A stretch of DNA of 64,000 bases from Lama glama. Its lineage: Eukaryota. The stretch spans positions 44,332,001-44,396,000 of the forward strand of contig CM052818.1 of the NCBI GenBank assembly GCA_028534125.1. Reading direction: 5' to 3'. Under the pieces are notes generated by a model that made no database searches, was not told the origin of the DNA, and worked only from the letters and a program-made list of their open reading frames with translations. The translations under genes and the position numbers were made by a program. This document shows positions 12,751 to 26,949 of the stretch, piece by piece (within the stretch, counting starts at the first letter, position 1; each line of letters starts with the position of its first letter).

Positions 12751-13174
12751 TATATTAGCTTCCCATTGCTACTGTAATGGATTCCCACAAACTTAATGCT
12801 TTAAAGCAACACAAATTTACTACCTTGCAATTCTGGAGGTCAGAAATCTGAAATGGGCCTCATGTGGCTACAACCAAGAACTGCTTTTCTTCTGGAAGCT
12901 CCAGGGGAGAATCTATTCCTTGCCTCTTCCATCGTCTAGAGGCCACCTGCATTCCTTGGCCCCTGGTTGCATCACTCAGACCTCTGCTTCCATGATCACG
13001 TAAGGACCCTCGTGATTACACTGGGCTCACCAGATAATCCAGGATAAACTCCGCATCTCCAGATCATTAACAGAATCACATCTATGAAGCCCCTCTTCCA
13101 TGGAAGGTAACATTCATGGATTCCGGGGAGAAGGTCGTGAACATCTTTGGGGAGCCACTGTTCTTCCTACCACA
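12751..13174 (-). mobile_element. MaLR solo LTR, MLT1D-like
   Basis: Minus strand starts TGTGGTAGGAAGAACAGTGGCTCCCCAAAGATGT; 5-bp TSD ATTGT / AATGT. Confidence 0.88.
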
Positions 13175-13279
13175 AATGTCAGCTCCGCTAAGGCTGCTGA
13201 CAAATGCTACTGTGACCTCTGGTGCATGAGACAAAGTTCCACTTTATGTCATTAGAAAAAAATACACTTTCACAACCAG

Positions 13280-13830
13280 CCAATTTATTCTTCCTAAAAG
13301 TGTTTATTAAGTACCTTTTACGTGCCAGCGGTATTCTAAGCTGGGCTTAGTGATCAACGGGCAAGATGATGTTTCTGTCTTTCAATAGCCTATATTTCTC
13401 ATGGGGCTGGGGGGGGGAGAATAGCACTAGTCAAGTTAAAAATAACCAATACAGTTTAAATGTAGGTAAATTCTATGAAGGAATAAAACAGAGTGAGGTT
13501 ATGGAGTAAGACTGGGGAGGTCCTGGCCATGGGAGACCTCTCTGAGGAGGTCTTCAAAGCTGAGCCCAGAGACTGAGGTGATATGAGGAAGCAGCCAGGG
13601 AAGGAATGTTCCAGACAGAAGGAACACTGACACCAAGACTCTGGGTAGGCATGAACTTTCAACAATGGTAATGACCAGTGTGTCTAGAGGGCAAGGAGTT
13701 CAGGGGAGAGCTGGGCAAGATGGAGATTAGCAACACAGGTTGAAGCCAGATCACATAAAGCCTTTGTAGGCATGGCCCTGGGAGCAACAGGATGCTAAAA
13801 GAGGGATGTCTTTTGCTTGGGAAATGACCG
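13280..13830 (-). mobile_element. L2 3' region
   Basis: TTTATTAAGTACC..GTGCCAG..CCTCTCTGAGGAGGT..GCTGAG..TGTTCCAGACAGAAGGAACA; reverse L2 motifs. Confidence 0.75.
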
Positions 13831-14286
13831 TGTAGGGTGAATACACAGTAAAACTTTATTATTGGAAGCCACTAGATTTGGGGGTCATTGAAACAATAAC
13901 TAGACAGGGAGCTTATGTAGAGCAGCACTGGCACATGTGTCTTACAGGTCAGTTCCATCAAAGACAACCCGGATATCAGATGGGAGCCCCTTGCTTTTTG
14001 AATATCTGGTTAAAGCTGATTCAGCCTCCCCCTCCACGACGTGGGAATGCCAAGGCACTGCCTCCCATTCCTGTGCACTCCAGGGCTGCGAGCATTCTCT
14101 AGCCTTTCTTCTCCTGGCTCAGCAGTTGTTATCTCAGCAATGTGACAACCCCGACCCAGAGTGCACCTCCTTCCTTGATTCAACAACAAAAACTACTCAC
14201 CTGTGAGCTGTGCAGACTTTGCTAGAGATTCACTTGGTTGGAGGTATAGAGAATAAAGGAGAACTTATAAAACAGAACAAAGCTGA

Positions 14287-14659
14287 ATCAATCAGGTAAG
14301 ACTAAATTAACAGATGACCCCCCCCCAATTCTTAGTGGCTTCCAATAATAAAGTTTTACTGTCTATTTACCCTACATGTTCATCACAGTTGGCTCTGGCT
14401 CTGCTCCCATTTTCTTCTTTGTGGACGGAGGCTCACAGAGCATTTGCTGCCTGGAGCACAGCCAGTCATCACGGAAGGGGGAATCACTCACTGCCTCTTA
14501 AAGCTTTTGCTTGGGAAATGACGCACATCAATTTCACTCACGATTTATTGACCAACGCAACTCCCATGGCCAAGCCTGAGTTCTGAGAGTGTGGGGATAT
14601 ATAATCCTCCCACAGGAAGTGGCACCAAATATAGATGAGCAGTAATGCAATCTACCACA
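14287..14659 (-). mobile_element. MaLR LTR, old MLT1 (MLT1I/J-like)
   Basis: Ends ..TCTACCACA; CTTAAAGCTTTTGCTTGGGAAATGAC..CATGGCCAAGCCTGA motifs. Confidence 0.75.
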
Positions 14660-15329
14660 TCAGCATTTTAAAATGCACTAGTGGATATCATCACCTTAAA
14701 GTGCTTTTGAAAAACCCCTAAGAGCGCAGTCGCCCTCCTCTCTCTTCTGAGCCTCTTCCCCGCTCTCCAGAGCCAAACAACCTTTCCCTCCATCTCAGGC
14801 AAACCTCCTGAATATATTTTTCCTACTTAATTATACAAGAAACCCCTGTAAGTAGGAATCAAAAGAAGCAGAGCCCTACCTCCTGAAAATGGCAATTTTA
14901 CATCATAATGTCTAACAGTTGCAAATACAAGGACAACCACACGGTAGACTTGGAGGGAGATGCAGAGCAGAGACATGCCAGGTGAGAGAGTTTTCTAGAA
15001 TCTGAGAATTGGGCTGAGACCTGCTCAGGCCTACCTATTCTCCAGCTGTAGCTCATAAAGAATTTCAATAGCAATGTTGGTAAATACAGAACGAGGCCAA
15101 TGGCTATCTGTGGCAAAGACCTACTTGAGACAGATCTTATCTTTGTTTTATTTCTTGAGGCTGATTAAACAAAAGCCATGTTTTCAAGGGTTTATTGGCG
15201 CTACATAATTTCTTTTGTGAAGTGTCTGTTGAAATGATGTGCCCAACAAGAAAAAGTCAAAAGATTCTATTTTTTAAAAGAGGAAAAGATCTACTAAACA
15301 GGCAAAATTGGATGCCCAAGTTTCTATTA

Positions 15330-16055
15330 GGCAAATGAAAAGATACCAACACTCATCTAAAAAAAAAAAAACTGAAATTAACAAAAGATACTGTCGTGCT
15401 AAGTTTTGGTGAAGATGTAGTACAACCGAAAATCTCAAATATTAGGCATATAAATGGGTACAAACACATTGGATAATTATTCATATCTACTAAACCTAAA
15501 CATAGACCTACACTATAAATCACCAATCACACTTACAGTTTTATCCCCAAGAGAAGTAAGTACATTTGTCCATCAAAAAATATGGACCAGATTATTTATA
15601 GCAGGTGTATTCACAATTGCCAAAAGCTGGGAGCAAACAATTATCAGCAGAAGATAGAGCAGCTACATAAATTGTGGTACAGTCAAATAATGGAATACTA
15701 CACAGCAATAAAAAATAACCAACCACTGATGCCCACATAACATGGATGAATCTAAAAAAAATTACTTTGAGCAAAAGAAGCCAAAAGCCACTAAAAATTG
15801 CATTCTGTATTTATATAAAGTGCAAGAGTGGGAAAACCCGATTGATGGTGATAGAAGTCAAAACGTGCTGATATCAGGGGTGGAGTATTGATGATGAAGG
15901 AACAGAAAAGAATCTTCATGGGTCCCAGAAATATTCTTCATTTCAATCCATGTGTTTGTTAAACTTAAACAGATGTATATAAAATATTATCAAGATCTAC
16001 TTAAGAAAATTGCTACACAGTTTACTGCATGTGTTATTCATCAATTAAAAAAAAA
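15330..16055 (+). mobile_element. Old L1 (L1ME-like) ORF2 end plus 3'UTR
   Basis: ORF 15454-15657 (..TRLFIAGVFTIAKSWEQ) matches the L1 ORF2 C-terminus; TGGAATACTACACAGCAATAAAAAA; A tail. Confidence 0.8.
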
Positions 16056-17894
16056 CAAGTTCAAGTTTCTTATCTCACGGAAAAATGGAACTCCTTTGAG
16101 TTGGAAATAAATTCTCCCATTTCAAAAATAATCTTGAAGTTGGAAGGTTTACAATTTAAAAAAAATTTTTTTGTTTTGTGGTACATCTTGAAAGATTGGT
16201 AAGAATTGGTCAGGTGAAGGAGGAAATCAAATTCAAAGACAGAGAAGCAAGAGAGAATAAGAACCATTAAGAGAAGTAGAAGGAGTGTGGGTCCAGCACC
16301 AAACACACATGAAAAAAATCTGGATGATTAACATCTTTAGAAACGTGCTCTTGGGTTTCCAGAAAATGGAAATCATTAAGAAAATGAGAAGTTGTCTAAA
16401 GACCTACTTCAATGATTCATTTACATGAATTAGTATTTTACTCTGGAAAATAAACAAAGGAACTGGTGCTTTGTTATTTCTGAAGATTGAATCCAGCAGT
16501 TTCCAAAGGGAGCCAGAGCAGTCTGGCTCGAATTTTAGCATCTCTGTCCTCGTCCCAGATGCATGGGCAGAGGATTAATAACAACACACGTCAGACTGTT
16601 TTCCCTGTAACCAGCAGCAGCATTCTTAGTTTGTAAGAATGAAGTCTTGGGTTCCCTTATTATCATTCTTCTTGCTCCCCTCAATTGTCCCTGGGCAGAA
16701 TGCCTGTGGGATATAGACTAGTGATTTAAAATGTCCTATTCATTACCATGAATGTCAGCCTTTCAACCCAGACCAAGAAACCCTGAACTATGCAGGGACG
16801 GAGGGAGCACAGGCGTTCCAGCAGCTAATAGTAGGCTATTGTTTCAAATGATTACGGCAGCACCTTGGCCTCCTAAGCAGTGAGTGACAGAGGCAGGCTT
16901 GGGAATGCTTATCTGGTGGGAACAGACAAGATGCTATCAGGTCCTGCTTTACAGTATCTCTGCATAGCATCTCGCCTCTTTTGGTGGCCAGAGAAAGTAG
17001 GTCAGGGGGGAGGGCCTGGGTGAGCCACAGGGGCCGAGTTGGAGGCTCTCATACAGGGTTAATTATCTCTGGTTTTCCCCTTTTCCATCACTGGTTATAA
17101 CGTGGGGCCCACCTTGTGGTTTCAGCTTAAATTAGGAAGGAAAGATTCGTCACTGCAACTGCCTGCTTGATTTGAAGATATTGTGGGTCTTTATCTCCCA
17201 ACTGCAAAAACCTGATAAGAATGAAGAGGTGATGTGAGAATTTGTAACCGATTACAGGAATTTTTAAAGGAAAAAGATGAAGGGCGGGGAGAGAGAATGA
17301 TGGCTGATTCTTGCTACTGTGAATCTCTCTTCTTTCATGTCTTTGGATTTTGATGGGAAAAGAGAAAAAACTCCGTTATCCCCTTTCAGTTTAAATTTGG
17401 AAGACATGGGGATCCAGACTGATGCTAATATCCTGAATCTGGGATTTGGGGAGTGTCTCTTAAGCTCCATGGACCTGGGATGTTTCTCCTACGTGAGAAG
17501 GTCCACAACAAGAAGTCCTTCTCCTCTCTGAATTCTAGGATTCAATGACATCTGGAATTCAATGAGCTTTTTGTTTTTGTTTTTTGTTTGCTTTGCTTTT
17601 AAGAATCAGCTACACTGGGGTCAAATCCAGGAAGTGAAACAGGGCGGCACATGGCACCCACGCTCTGCTCTGCCGTGACCATCCACACCCTGGGGACAGG
17701 ACAGGGGTCTCGCCTCTGCCCTCAGTTCCTGTTCGTGTGACTTGGACTCTCTCCTTAAGGTCCTTAAACCTGCGTCCTTATCTGGGAAATGTGGATAATA
17801 CCTGCTTCACAGAGCTGTTGAGTTTTCTATTAAGGTAGGAAAGGTGCCTGGTTTAGATTAGCAGCTATTGTTATAACTCTTCACAACGTACTGG

Positions 17895-18150
17895 CGCAGC
17901 AACTCCGCAGCCAGACTTCTCAGGTCCAAGTCTGAGCTCTGCCAGTGTCTGTCTGTGTAACCTTGGGCAAGTTGCTTAATCTCTCTGTCTCAGTTTTCTC
18001 GTCTGCGAAATGGAGATAATACTACCTACTTTATTGGGCTGTTACGAAGATTAATATGTATAATGTCCTTAAATCGTTTAAATAACTTTTAAATATTAAA
18101 TATTTTAAAATTAAATATTTGGCACAGAGTAAGTGCTATGTAAGTGGGTT
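17895..18150 (+). mobile_element. MIR SINE
   Basis: TGTGTAACCTTGGGCAAGTTGCTTAATCTCTCTGTCTCAGTTTTCTCGTCTGCGAAATGGAGATAAT core. Confidence 0.85.
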
Positions 18151-18166
18151 TTTTTAATTAAATGAA

Positions 18167-18199
<33 letters not shown>

Positions 18200-18230
18200 T
18201 ATATACGCACACACGCATACATACTTATAC
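18167..18230. repeat. Compound (TA)n/(CA)n microsatellite
   Basis: Direct inspection. Confidence 0.9.
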
Positions 18231-19274
18231 ATGTGATGTCTCATAAAGCAAGTGGGCATAAATGTTGGGTATAAGGATAATGATCATCATCATGACAACA
18301 GAAACCATCTTTTAGGACTAGAGCTGAAGCGTTAGAAAAGAGTTCCTGTGTAAGGCACCGCACCGGCAGAGGGGATGGAGAAATGGGGCCCTGTTGCAGA
18401 AAAAGCTACGTGGCAGATTTAGCAGAACTGATAGTTGGGTGGGCCTGTGCCTGAGGATGGAGGCAAGGTAGATCCTGAATCAAATGATGACTCTAGATTT
18501 CTCTCTGGGCAACATGGTAGATGGTGCTGCCATGAAATGAGAGGAAACTCTAGGAAAGATCAGATTTGAAGTGAAATAAAGTAAGTTTGTGTTTAGACAT
18601 GATGAGTTCTGAGCTGTAGGCAGGACATTCAGAGAAGCCCACTTATCCAAATAGGACCTGAATAAATAGAATCCTGCACTGAATTCTGGCCAAGACCAAT
18701 TCCAGCAGCAGCATAAACCATCCCATGTTACCTGTAACAGCTTATACTCAGTTAAAAAAAAAACTGAAGAAAATCAGTGGAAGCATTTGTCCCCTGTCAC
18801 CTGCTTGGGAAGGACTTTGGAGATCTGCAGGTCCAACTTCCTCATTAGCCTGACGACGTTGGACATGATCCCACCATCCATCACTTACAAAACCAGTTCA
18901 CGTCTCTGATCTTATTTAAGTTTGTGGAAAGATCATACCCTATTTTATGGGCAGGAATTGGAGTTGGGACTAGATCTAGGCTCCACTATCCAGTGTTCTC
19001 TTGGCCATCACTTAATTAGTGTCAGCTGGTACTGTAACTATTTTACATGCCAGATTTAACCAAGATTATCTCATTAAATCCTCAGATCAACCCAGGAGAT
19101 CGATGCCATCAGCTCCATTTTCAAATAACATTAAGAATTTACACAAAGTCACACAGATGTTAAGTGACAAAATTGGGGTAACTGAGTACCAAGCTTAGTT
19201 ACATTTCAGCGCTTTCAAGGAATTTTTTAATAACAATGTGTAGATGATGAAGTAGGTTTCTTCAAGAAAGATAA

Positions 19275-19470
19275 GTCTTCCTAAATTCAAACCCTGGTTC
19301 TGTCTTTTATGCGCTGTGAGACTTTGGGCAAGTCACTTCACTTCTCTGTGTCTGTCTAGTTGCCTGTAAGATGGGGACAATAATGGCATCTGGCAATGTA
19401 AAAGCACTGAGTTCATATTGGTACAAAGTTTAGCAAAAACTGAAATTCAGTAAGTTCTCTATTAATGTTA
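19275..19470 (+). mobile_element. MIR SINE (an oppositely oriented MIR lies at about 19025-19190)
   Basis: CTTTGGGCAAGTCACTTCACTTCTCTGTG..CTGTAAGATGGGGACAATAAT. Confidence 0.75.
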
Positions 19471-21479
19471 GGAATCACCATGACTGTAATTACGACGTCC
19501 TCTGGGACCCATTTTTTTCCGGAGCGGAGATCAAACTTCGGGAATCAGCTCAGTGTAAATCAAGCCCAGGAACTACTTCCTCGGTTTTGCATTCACGTTT
19601 ATTACCAAAAAAATTCAAGGGTTAAAGAAAAGCAGCACACAGCAGGTTGCAAAGAAGGAAATGAAAGCGAGAAAATAAAGGCAAGACTTGAAGCTGTCAC
19701 TGCCCTTCACTCTGATGTCATGAAGCGCTGCACCTTTACAAGATTTGGGTCACAAATTCAACCTTGAATTTCTAGCAGTCAGTGCAAAGAGAGAAATACG
19801 ATCGGAGAGTCTAAAAGACAAAACAAACGCTCAGGAGAGGCACCGCCAGTCTTTAAGACAGTTAAGAGAGGAACTTCTCCCATTTTTCGTAGCTCAGTGA
19901 GCAGTGGACAACATACCCACCCATGTCCCCGGTATGGAACCAGCCTGGCCAGCAGCTGTCAAAATATTCCCAGGAAAACAGCCACAGGCAACCAACAGCT
20001 TTGTCATGAGAACAATTTTGTATCCACCAGACCCATGGCCCCCTTTGCTCTATAAGAAGCCTTTCTTTCACTTCTGCATTTGTTTGCTTTAGGGGGTTAG
20101 CTGTAAAAATAATAATAATAACAATAATAATAATAGCAATGCTTGGGTCAGCCATCAGACACCAGTTGTGGAGGGTCCAGGGTCCCTTGGGCTTCTCTGA
20201 GGTCATGGGCGTCTGGCCTTCATTGTTCTTGGCCCGCCTGTGGTCATGAGAACAAGCAGAGGCTTTGCCATCAGGCAGCTCCATTCGTCTGGGTCTCCTC
20301 GGGACCCCCAAAGGGCAGGCCGTTCTCCACACTCCAACTGTGCTGCCCCAGGGCCATTAACTCCTCTCGCTTCTAACTTTTGAACTCTCTATAAAGTTCC
20401 CGGGCCCTTCAGTCATCCCAGAAAGATGTGCCTTCATTTCTCTCCAAATCATAGTCTTTTTGGCACTCAGCTTTAGATGGCTTTTCCTGAGACAGGCAAT
20501 GCTCTCCCCTGCTGCCTCCCCCCAACCCAGTGACATCCTCAGCTCTGCCTTTACTGACAGGCAGAGAGAGCCCCAGCACCAGACTTCCCCAAATAACCCA
20601 CAGACTGCTTTCCCCATGGCACCTCCCTCGGAGGTAACAGTACCTTATACAGTTCCACCTAGTCCCTGAAAGGATTTAAACAGCTGATGCTGAAGACATT
20701 AATTATTAAAAATTCATAAAACTATTCAAATAAGCCTTCCATATCTCTACTGTAGACACCATTTCTCTCATCTCTAACTCCTTAAGCACCTTAATTCCTT
20801 TAAATTACTCAATACATTTTGCCTGGTTTAATAATTATTCAGAGTCAGAGCTTCACTTTTCCTTCTGGACTATGACTTTGCAAAGCCAAAACCTATATAA
20901 AATCCACACAAATGCTCCTTAAATATCTAATGAATGAATGCACAAACATTTATCTTTAGAGGGGATAGAGCAGTGAGAGCTCAGGGCATTATCCCAGAGG
21001 TGTTCTTCATACAGTGGGTGAGCAGTTCCATGAACACGGTTATAACTCACTTTTGCGAACACAGTGATAGACCAAGCTAAGTGCTCATAGGGACGCGAGG
21101 AAGGGATGCTCTGGGACAGCTTAGGCAATGAATTATTTGCAGCGTAATAAAAAGGACATGAACAAGCAATGAAAAGAGGTTAATGCAAGACCCTGACAAT
21201 GAACATAACACTTGGTACTGAACATCCTAGCAGCCAAGTCAAAAAGGGAAATAGTATGCTTTGTACAGCTCTGGATGTCAAATCAAACTTGCCAGTTTAC
21301 AGGGAACACAAACTTTTATCTTTGTTTGGTCTAACTTCAGACAGCTCCTCACCTAAGGGACACTGAGCTACATAAAGAATTGCTTACAGAAATGATAGTT
21401 TAAATTGTAAAACTTACAAATTCAAGGGCATATTGTTGATCCCTTTGGGGAAAATAAATCTCCATGAAAAATTGAAGAA

Positions 21480-22213
21480 ATAAAGAGCTGATGAGGATGT
21501 GGAAAGCTGAATCTTTCATCCATTGCTGGTGGGAATATAAAAATGGTGCAACCAGGCTGGAAAATGGTTTGCAGTTTCCTATAAAACTGAATATGCAACT
21601 ACCATCTGACCCATCGATTGCCTCTGGATGTTTAGAGGAAGAAAACATGCTCATACAAAATTCTGTCCATGAAAACTTATAGCAACTTCATTTGTAGTTG
21701 CCTAAAACTGAAAATAACACACAACACGGGTATCTTTTGATGGTTACTGGTTAAACACACTGGGATATACCCATATCATGGAAAAATCACTCAGAAATAA
21801 AATGGGACCACTATCGATACATGGAACAACCTGATGATTCTCCAGGGGAATTGTACTGAGTGAAAAATTCCAGTCCCAAAAGGTTACAGACTGTGTGATT
21901 TTCACTCACATTCTTGATTTCTATCACATTCTTGAAATGATAAAATTATAGAAATGGACAACTGATTGCTGGATTGCCAGAAACTAAGGAGGGGCCGTAA
22001 AAGAGCCGTATAATGAACCCTGCTGGTGGTGGGAATGTTCTGCACCTTGACCATGACAACCTCAGTATCCAGGCTGTGACACTGTCCTATGGTTCTGGGA
22101 GATGCTATCACCGGGGAAAACTGAGCACAGATACCTGGGCTCTCAGGATCTCTCCCTACTATTTCTTACAACTGTATGGAAATCTACAATCATCTCAAAA
22201 CGAAAGTTTAATT
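21480..22213 (+). mobile_element. L1 3' end (L1MD/MC-like)
   Basis: ORF 21491-21682 contains HCWWEYK (L1 ORF2 Cys-rich C-terminus); 3'UTR ends ATTTCTTACAACTGTATGGAAATCTACAATCATCTCAAAA. Confidence 0.85.
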
Positions 22214-22229
22214 TTCCAAACAGTGAGTC

Positions 22230-22850
22230 ATTAAAATGACACAGCCATTTTAAAAAAGAGTTTGGCAGTTTCTTATACACTTAAGCACAGACTTACCATA
22301 AGACCCACCAATCCCACACCTAGGTAACTGTCCAAGACAAATGAAGACATATGTCCACACAAAAACCTGTGTGCAAGTATTTGTGGCAACTTTACTCATG
22401 GTCTTCAGAAACTGGGACCAACTCAAACATCATCAGTGGGTGAGTGGATAAACCAACCGTGGTCCATCCACGCAAAGGGATAATACGCAGCAATAGGAAT
22501 AAAGTACTGATACAAACAGCAACATCGACGACTCTCAAACACATTAGGCTACGTGAAAGCCAGATCCAAGCTACATCCCGCTGTCTGATTTCATTTATAC
22601 AACACTCTGGAAAAAGCAAACCTATAGGCATAGAAACAGATCAATGGGTGCTCGGGGCTGCAGGTGGAAGAAGGTATTGACTACAAAGGAGGGATGAGGG
22701 AACACTAGAATGATGGAAATGTTCTGTATCTTGACCATGGGGGTGATTACAAAACAGTACGCGTTTTTTTCAAAATTTATAGAACTGTACACCCAAAAAG
22801 GCAGAAATTTACTAAATATAAATTGTGCCTCAAGAAACTTGACTTAAATA
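22230..22850 (+). mobile_element. L1 3' end (L1ME1-like)
   Basis: TTTGGCAGTTTCTTA..AAATGAAGACATATGTCCACACAAAAACCTGT..GATGGAAATGTTCTGTATCTTGA. Confidence 0.85.
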
Positions 22851-23999
22851 AGAAGGTGAATCATTAAACTGTTGTTACGAAGCTGGAGTTTGGACAAGTT
22901 AGAGGACAGGAGGTAAACGCCCTTTGGGTGTGAGGATGAACTAAGTCAAACACAGGGAAAGGCGCATTCTCATCCATGGAAGAGCCACAACTGTCCCGTG
23001 GTGCCCTGTGACTACCGAGGCACAGAGGTTCTAACAAATCCACAAGGCCTCCCCAGCAGTCATGTGTGGCAGAACCAGAAGTCAAACCCAGGTTTTCCCT
23101 GGGCTGGAAAAAGTGTTCTTTAGTACACGGTGCTGTGTGACACTGCTGGCAAGGAACCTGAGTGGATGAATTTTCAATCGCCGATTAGAGAGTATTTGTT
23201 GAGTTGGAGATGCTGTGTGCATTCAGTTGTGAAACTAAAGAACCCAGCTTGGACTTGGAATCCTGCTACGGCTCCTCCCTTCTGCTCAGAGACAAATGGG
23301 CCACAGGCCTATGAGCTGAGCCTGGGTCGGCCTAGGAAAGGAGCTTCGGATCATCCTACTTTGCAAAAAGGACAACTTGCAGTTTCCAACCCAAACAGAC
23401 CCGGGGCCCCAGCCGGCCAGCTGAGTTGATGCAGTGCCCAGGCTGCCACGATTCTGCACTGAAATAACAAGACCCAGACCATGGTCTGCTGTGGAGGAGA
23501 GATGCTGGGGGCAGGGGAGCTGGGAGCTGCCCTGCCATGTTCACCCTCTCTGGGCTCACGGCCAGGGCACAGGGGCCCCAGGAGGAGACCCTGAAGACAA
23601 CCTTGAGGGGCAAAGCATAGGACTGGTTACGAAGGCTACAACTGAGAAGATGATGAGCAATAAGACGGGGCCAAAGTAGCGGTCCAGCCCTGATCTTGGC
23701 TTCCTGCAGGAGTGCCATTTCCAGCTCCGTTCATTCAACACATGTTTAAAGCAGGCCTGGAATGCCCAGTTGTGAAATCAGGCAGTTCTTAGGTCATTCT
23801 CGGGGTAAGACAATCACTTGTACATGGAGAGGAGCTTCTGCTTTAGAGGAAATGAGGAAAGGGCTCCCTCGCCCCCAGCTTTCTCATTCTAACTTCCATG
23901 TTCCAACCCTTCCTCATTCCCCACCTCCTCCCCCACCATTTCTTGTTGGAGCTGTCCCCAGCCGTCTCTTCCCGCCACCTGCATCGTCTCTAAGTTCTG

Positions 24000-24415
24000 A
24001 CCCTCCTCATCACTCAGCTGGATTTTAAAATAGCCTCTTGACCGAGCTGCCTGACATCACCACCCACTCAGGTCTATTCCCTTATGGAATCTAACACATG
24101 CCTTTGGCCAGTTTTACACTCTGCACTCCCTCCCGCTTGCCGGCAGAGTGAAATCCAAACGCTGCGTACAGGCATGTGACATCTGTGCAGTCTGGTCCCT
24201 TCTGGCCTCTGAGTTCTCACCTCCCCGGGGCCCGCCTGGCATCCATGCTCTGGCCATCCTAACCTCCTTACTAGTCCCAGAGCAACCTCCTTCGTGTCTC
24301 TTCCACAAGACTGTGAACTTCCCAGGGGCCAAGTCTTCCTGACCTCATGGCCTTTACTCCCAAGCCAGTGCCTGGAATGTAACAGAACTTTAATATGCAT
24401 TTTCAAATGAATGAG
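24000..24415 (+). mobile_element. L2 fragment
   Basis: AATAGCCTC..AAATCCAAAC..AGACTGTGAACTTCCCAGGGGC..AGTGCCTGGAATGTAA..AATGAATGA. Confidence 0.6.
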
Positions 24416-24629
24416 GGAAGGAAAGAAGGAAGGAGGGAGGAAGGACTGCTCTCAACTCCTAAAATAAAGGCCAGCAAAATTAAGGAAGTTGAAATCAATT
24501 GCTTGGAAAATGAGGTCTAGGAGGCCACAATGGAATGACAATATTCTAGGTAACAAGAGATTCTCAAAGGTACACTGAAAACCGGAGTGTGATCCACAGA
24601 CAGTCAGGAATCATCATATTCTCGAGTTA

Positions 24630-24875
24630 TTATTTATTCATTCAATAGGTATTTACTGAGGGCTTCCTCTGCAGCAGGCTAAACTACATGCATTATCTCA
24701 TTTAATCATCCCCAGAAAACAAATGTGTAGGTGTAAATCCATTCATTTTACTGATAAGGAAACGGAGGCTCAGAGAGGTTAAGTAAATTACCCAATGTCA
24801 CGCTGTCAGTGAGCACAGATCCAGGATGTGAATTCAGGCCTCTCTGACTTGAAACTTGTGCTAATTCTACTGCGT
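24630..24875 (-). mobile_element. MIR SINE
   Basis: CATTTTACTGATAAGGAAACGGAGGCTCAGAGAGGTTAAGTAAATTACCCAATGTCAC (reverse core). Confidence 0.88.
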
Positions 24876-26288
24876 CACTCGACACCCTCCTCCCCTGTCA
24901 TTCCAGGACCCTCCCCTTCCCTTCCATTTTCTCCTTGTTGGAAAGTTAACCACAGGACGCAGTGTGTTTCAGTACAGAACACAGCGGAATCCTCATTCTT
25001 GAAAGGCAAAAACTCAGCATCTTAATTGAAACAAGATAATCCAAACATTTTGCTTCACTTAAAGTTTATAAATTCCATTTTGTTGACTTACATTTTCACA
25101 AATGACCGTCATCTCAAAGTTATTTTATTTTTACAGAAGTTAGGAAAAGAAAAAGAAAAGAAGCTTTAGAACAAAATAACACACAGCATATTTTGGTCCT
25201 GTCTTCTGGGTGTTGGAAGAAAGGTTGAGAGGTTTCCAGGGGAAACTCACAAGCCATTTAACACTATTCCTCCAGGACCTTTGTCCACCGGCACAGACCC
25301 TCGGGCACCCTGGGTCGCCAACAGCCATGACCTTAAATCTTGTTTCTTTCTCTCTTTCAAAACCCCTTCCTCACCTCCAACCCCAAGATAATTTCCTGGC
25401 AGGGCCCTCCTTGCAAAATCAGAATTAGAAGTAAGGGCAGACAGCTCCCACATTGATTCGGGTCACAGTTTCAGGAAAGATGCTTTTAGTCAAAATGGTC
25501 AAAGTCAGTTCTGCTTTTCTCACAGAAATCAGTTCTAATGTAGATTAAAATATAAGACCTAGGGTCCCTCAGTTAACTTCTCCACATCTTTTTTACCGAA
25601 CCAGAGAGAGAACATCCAACCTCCCTACATGCGCATGTGTGCCCAGGACCCACTGGGCTCCTCTGACCTACTCCTCCTCATGACACCTCTTCTTTCGGTG
25701 TCCCAGAGCCACAGGGCACTGTGAGACACCACGGGCTCCAGGATCAAAAGAGCTGGGTCCCAGTGAAGCCTCCACCATTCCCCCAGGATTTGGGTACCTG
25801 TGGTCGCACGTCTCCACCTATAAGGGAAGTGTAGCTCCACCTACCTTTTCTGCCTATGGGCTTTGCCTTAACTCACATGATCACGTGCACAAGAGCCTTT
25901 GAAACCTGGTTTGGGGGCAGCTACCAAGGCTGTCCCTAAGCCCCTAACAGCACTGTCCAGTCTCAACACAGACTCCCCTCCACCATCTACCCTGCTAATC
26001 TGTTTACACGTTCTGTTAAGACGTGGCTCACCCCACCTTCTCCAGGAAGGCATCTGCACCACCCCAGCCCCTAGCCTCTCCCAAAGCACAGGCTGACTTC
26101 TCCAAGCATTTCCTTATCCTGTCCTCCTTGTGCCCAGCATTGTGAATCCAGTGATGGGGACAGAGTGTGGATTCCCGCATGCAAAGCAACTGAGACAAGG
26201 GTTCAAGGGCACACAGGTTATTTTAGAGATGCTAGGAGTGCCGTCAAGGAGATGAGGACATGACTCAGGAAAGGGAAGGCAGTGTGTT

Positions 26289-26420
26289 CGGGACCAGTTT
26301 CAAAGTGTGCAGCCTGGGCAACCACACAGGACCCTGCACTCAGAAGGCCCCGGATGTGGTTCAGTGCTCTGCTGTCACCGCTTGAAATTCTTTCTCATTT
26401 TCCCCTTGAACTTGTATGTA
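26289..26420 (+). mobile_element. hAT DNA transposon fragment, MER45-like
   Basis: CACAGGACCCTGCACTCAGAAGGCCCC..TGCTCTGCTGTCACCGCTTGAAATTCTT. Confidence 0.75.
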
Positions 26421-26584
26421 TCAGCCATAAAATACAAACTGTGTAACTTGGGTAATTCCCCATACAGGTTCACTGCTCTTATATTTGCATTTAAAACTGG
26501 CATTGCACAACACAAAGAAGATTGATGAAAACTCATTGCTGATAATATGAGTTTATTTTTTTAGTCAGAACAACTTCAAAGTAA

Positions 26585-26946
26585 GCAATTATTCCCCATT
26601 CCTCTTTTCCCAAGTCCTCGGCAACCACCAATCTGCTTTCTGGCTCACTGGATTTACCTATTCAGGATATTTCATATAAACAGACTCATGTAATAGGTGA
26701 CCTTTGTGTCTGCCTTCTTTCACTTAGTATTATGTTTTAGGGGCTCATCCATATTGTAATATGTATAAGTACTTCATTCCTTTCCACGTCTGAATAATAT
26801 TTCGCTGTGTCCATATACCGCATTTTGTCCATTCCTGGACATCAGCTGTTACCACCTTCTGACTACGGTGAGCAGGACAGGTATGAGCTCACACAGACAC
26901 ACATTTGTTGGAGTTCTGTTTTTAACTCTTCTGGGTGTGTATACCT
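26585..26946 (-). mobile_element. L1 3' fragment (L1MB-like)
   Basis: GGCAACCACCAATCTGCTTTCTG..GGATATTTCATATAAA..CTTCTTTCACTTAG..ACTTCATTCCTTT. Confidence 0.85.
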
Positions 26947-26949
26947 CTT

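Noticed and set aside
19862..20332. 156-aa ORF with a hydrophobic IIIIVIIII stretch resembling a transmembrane helix
   Set aside because: The stretch is the translation of an (AAT)n microsatellite.
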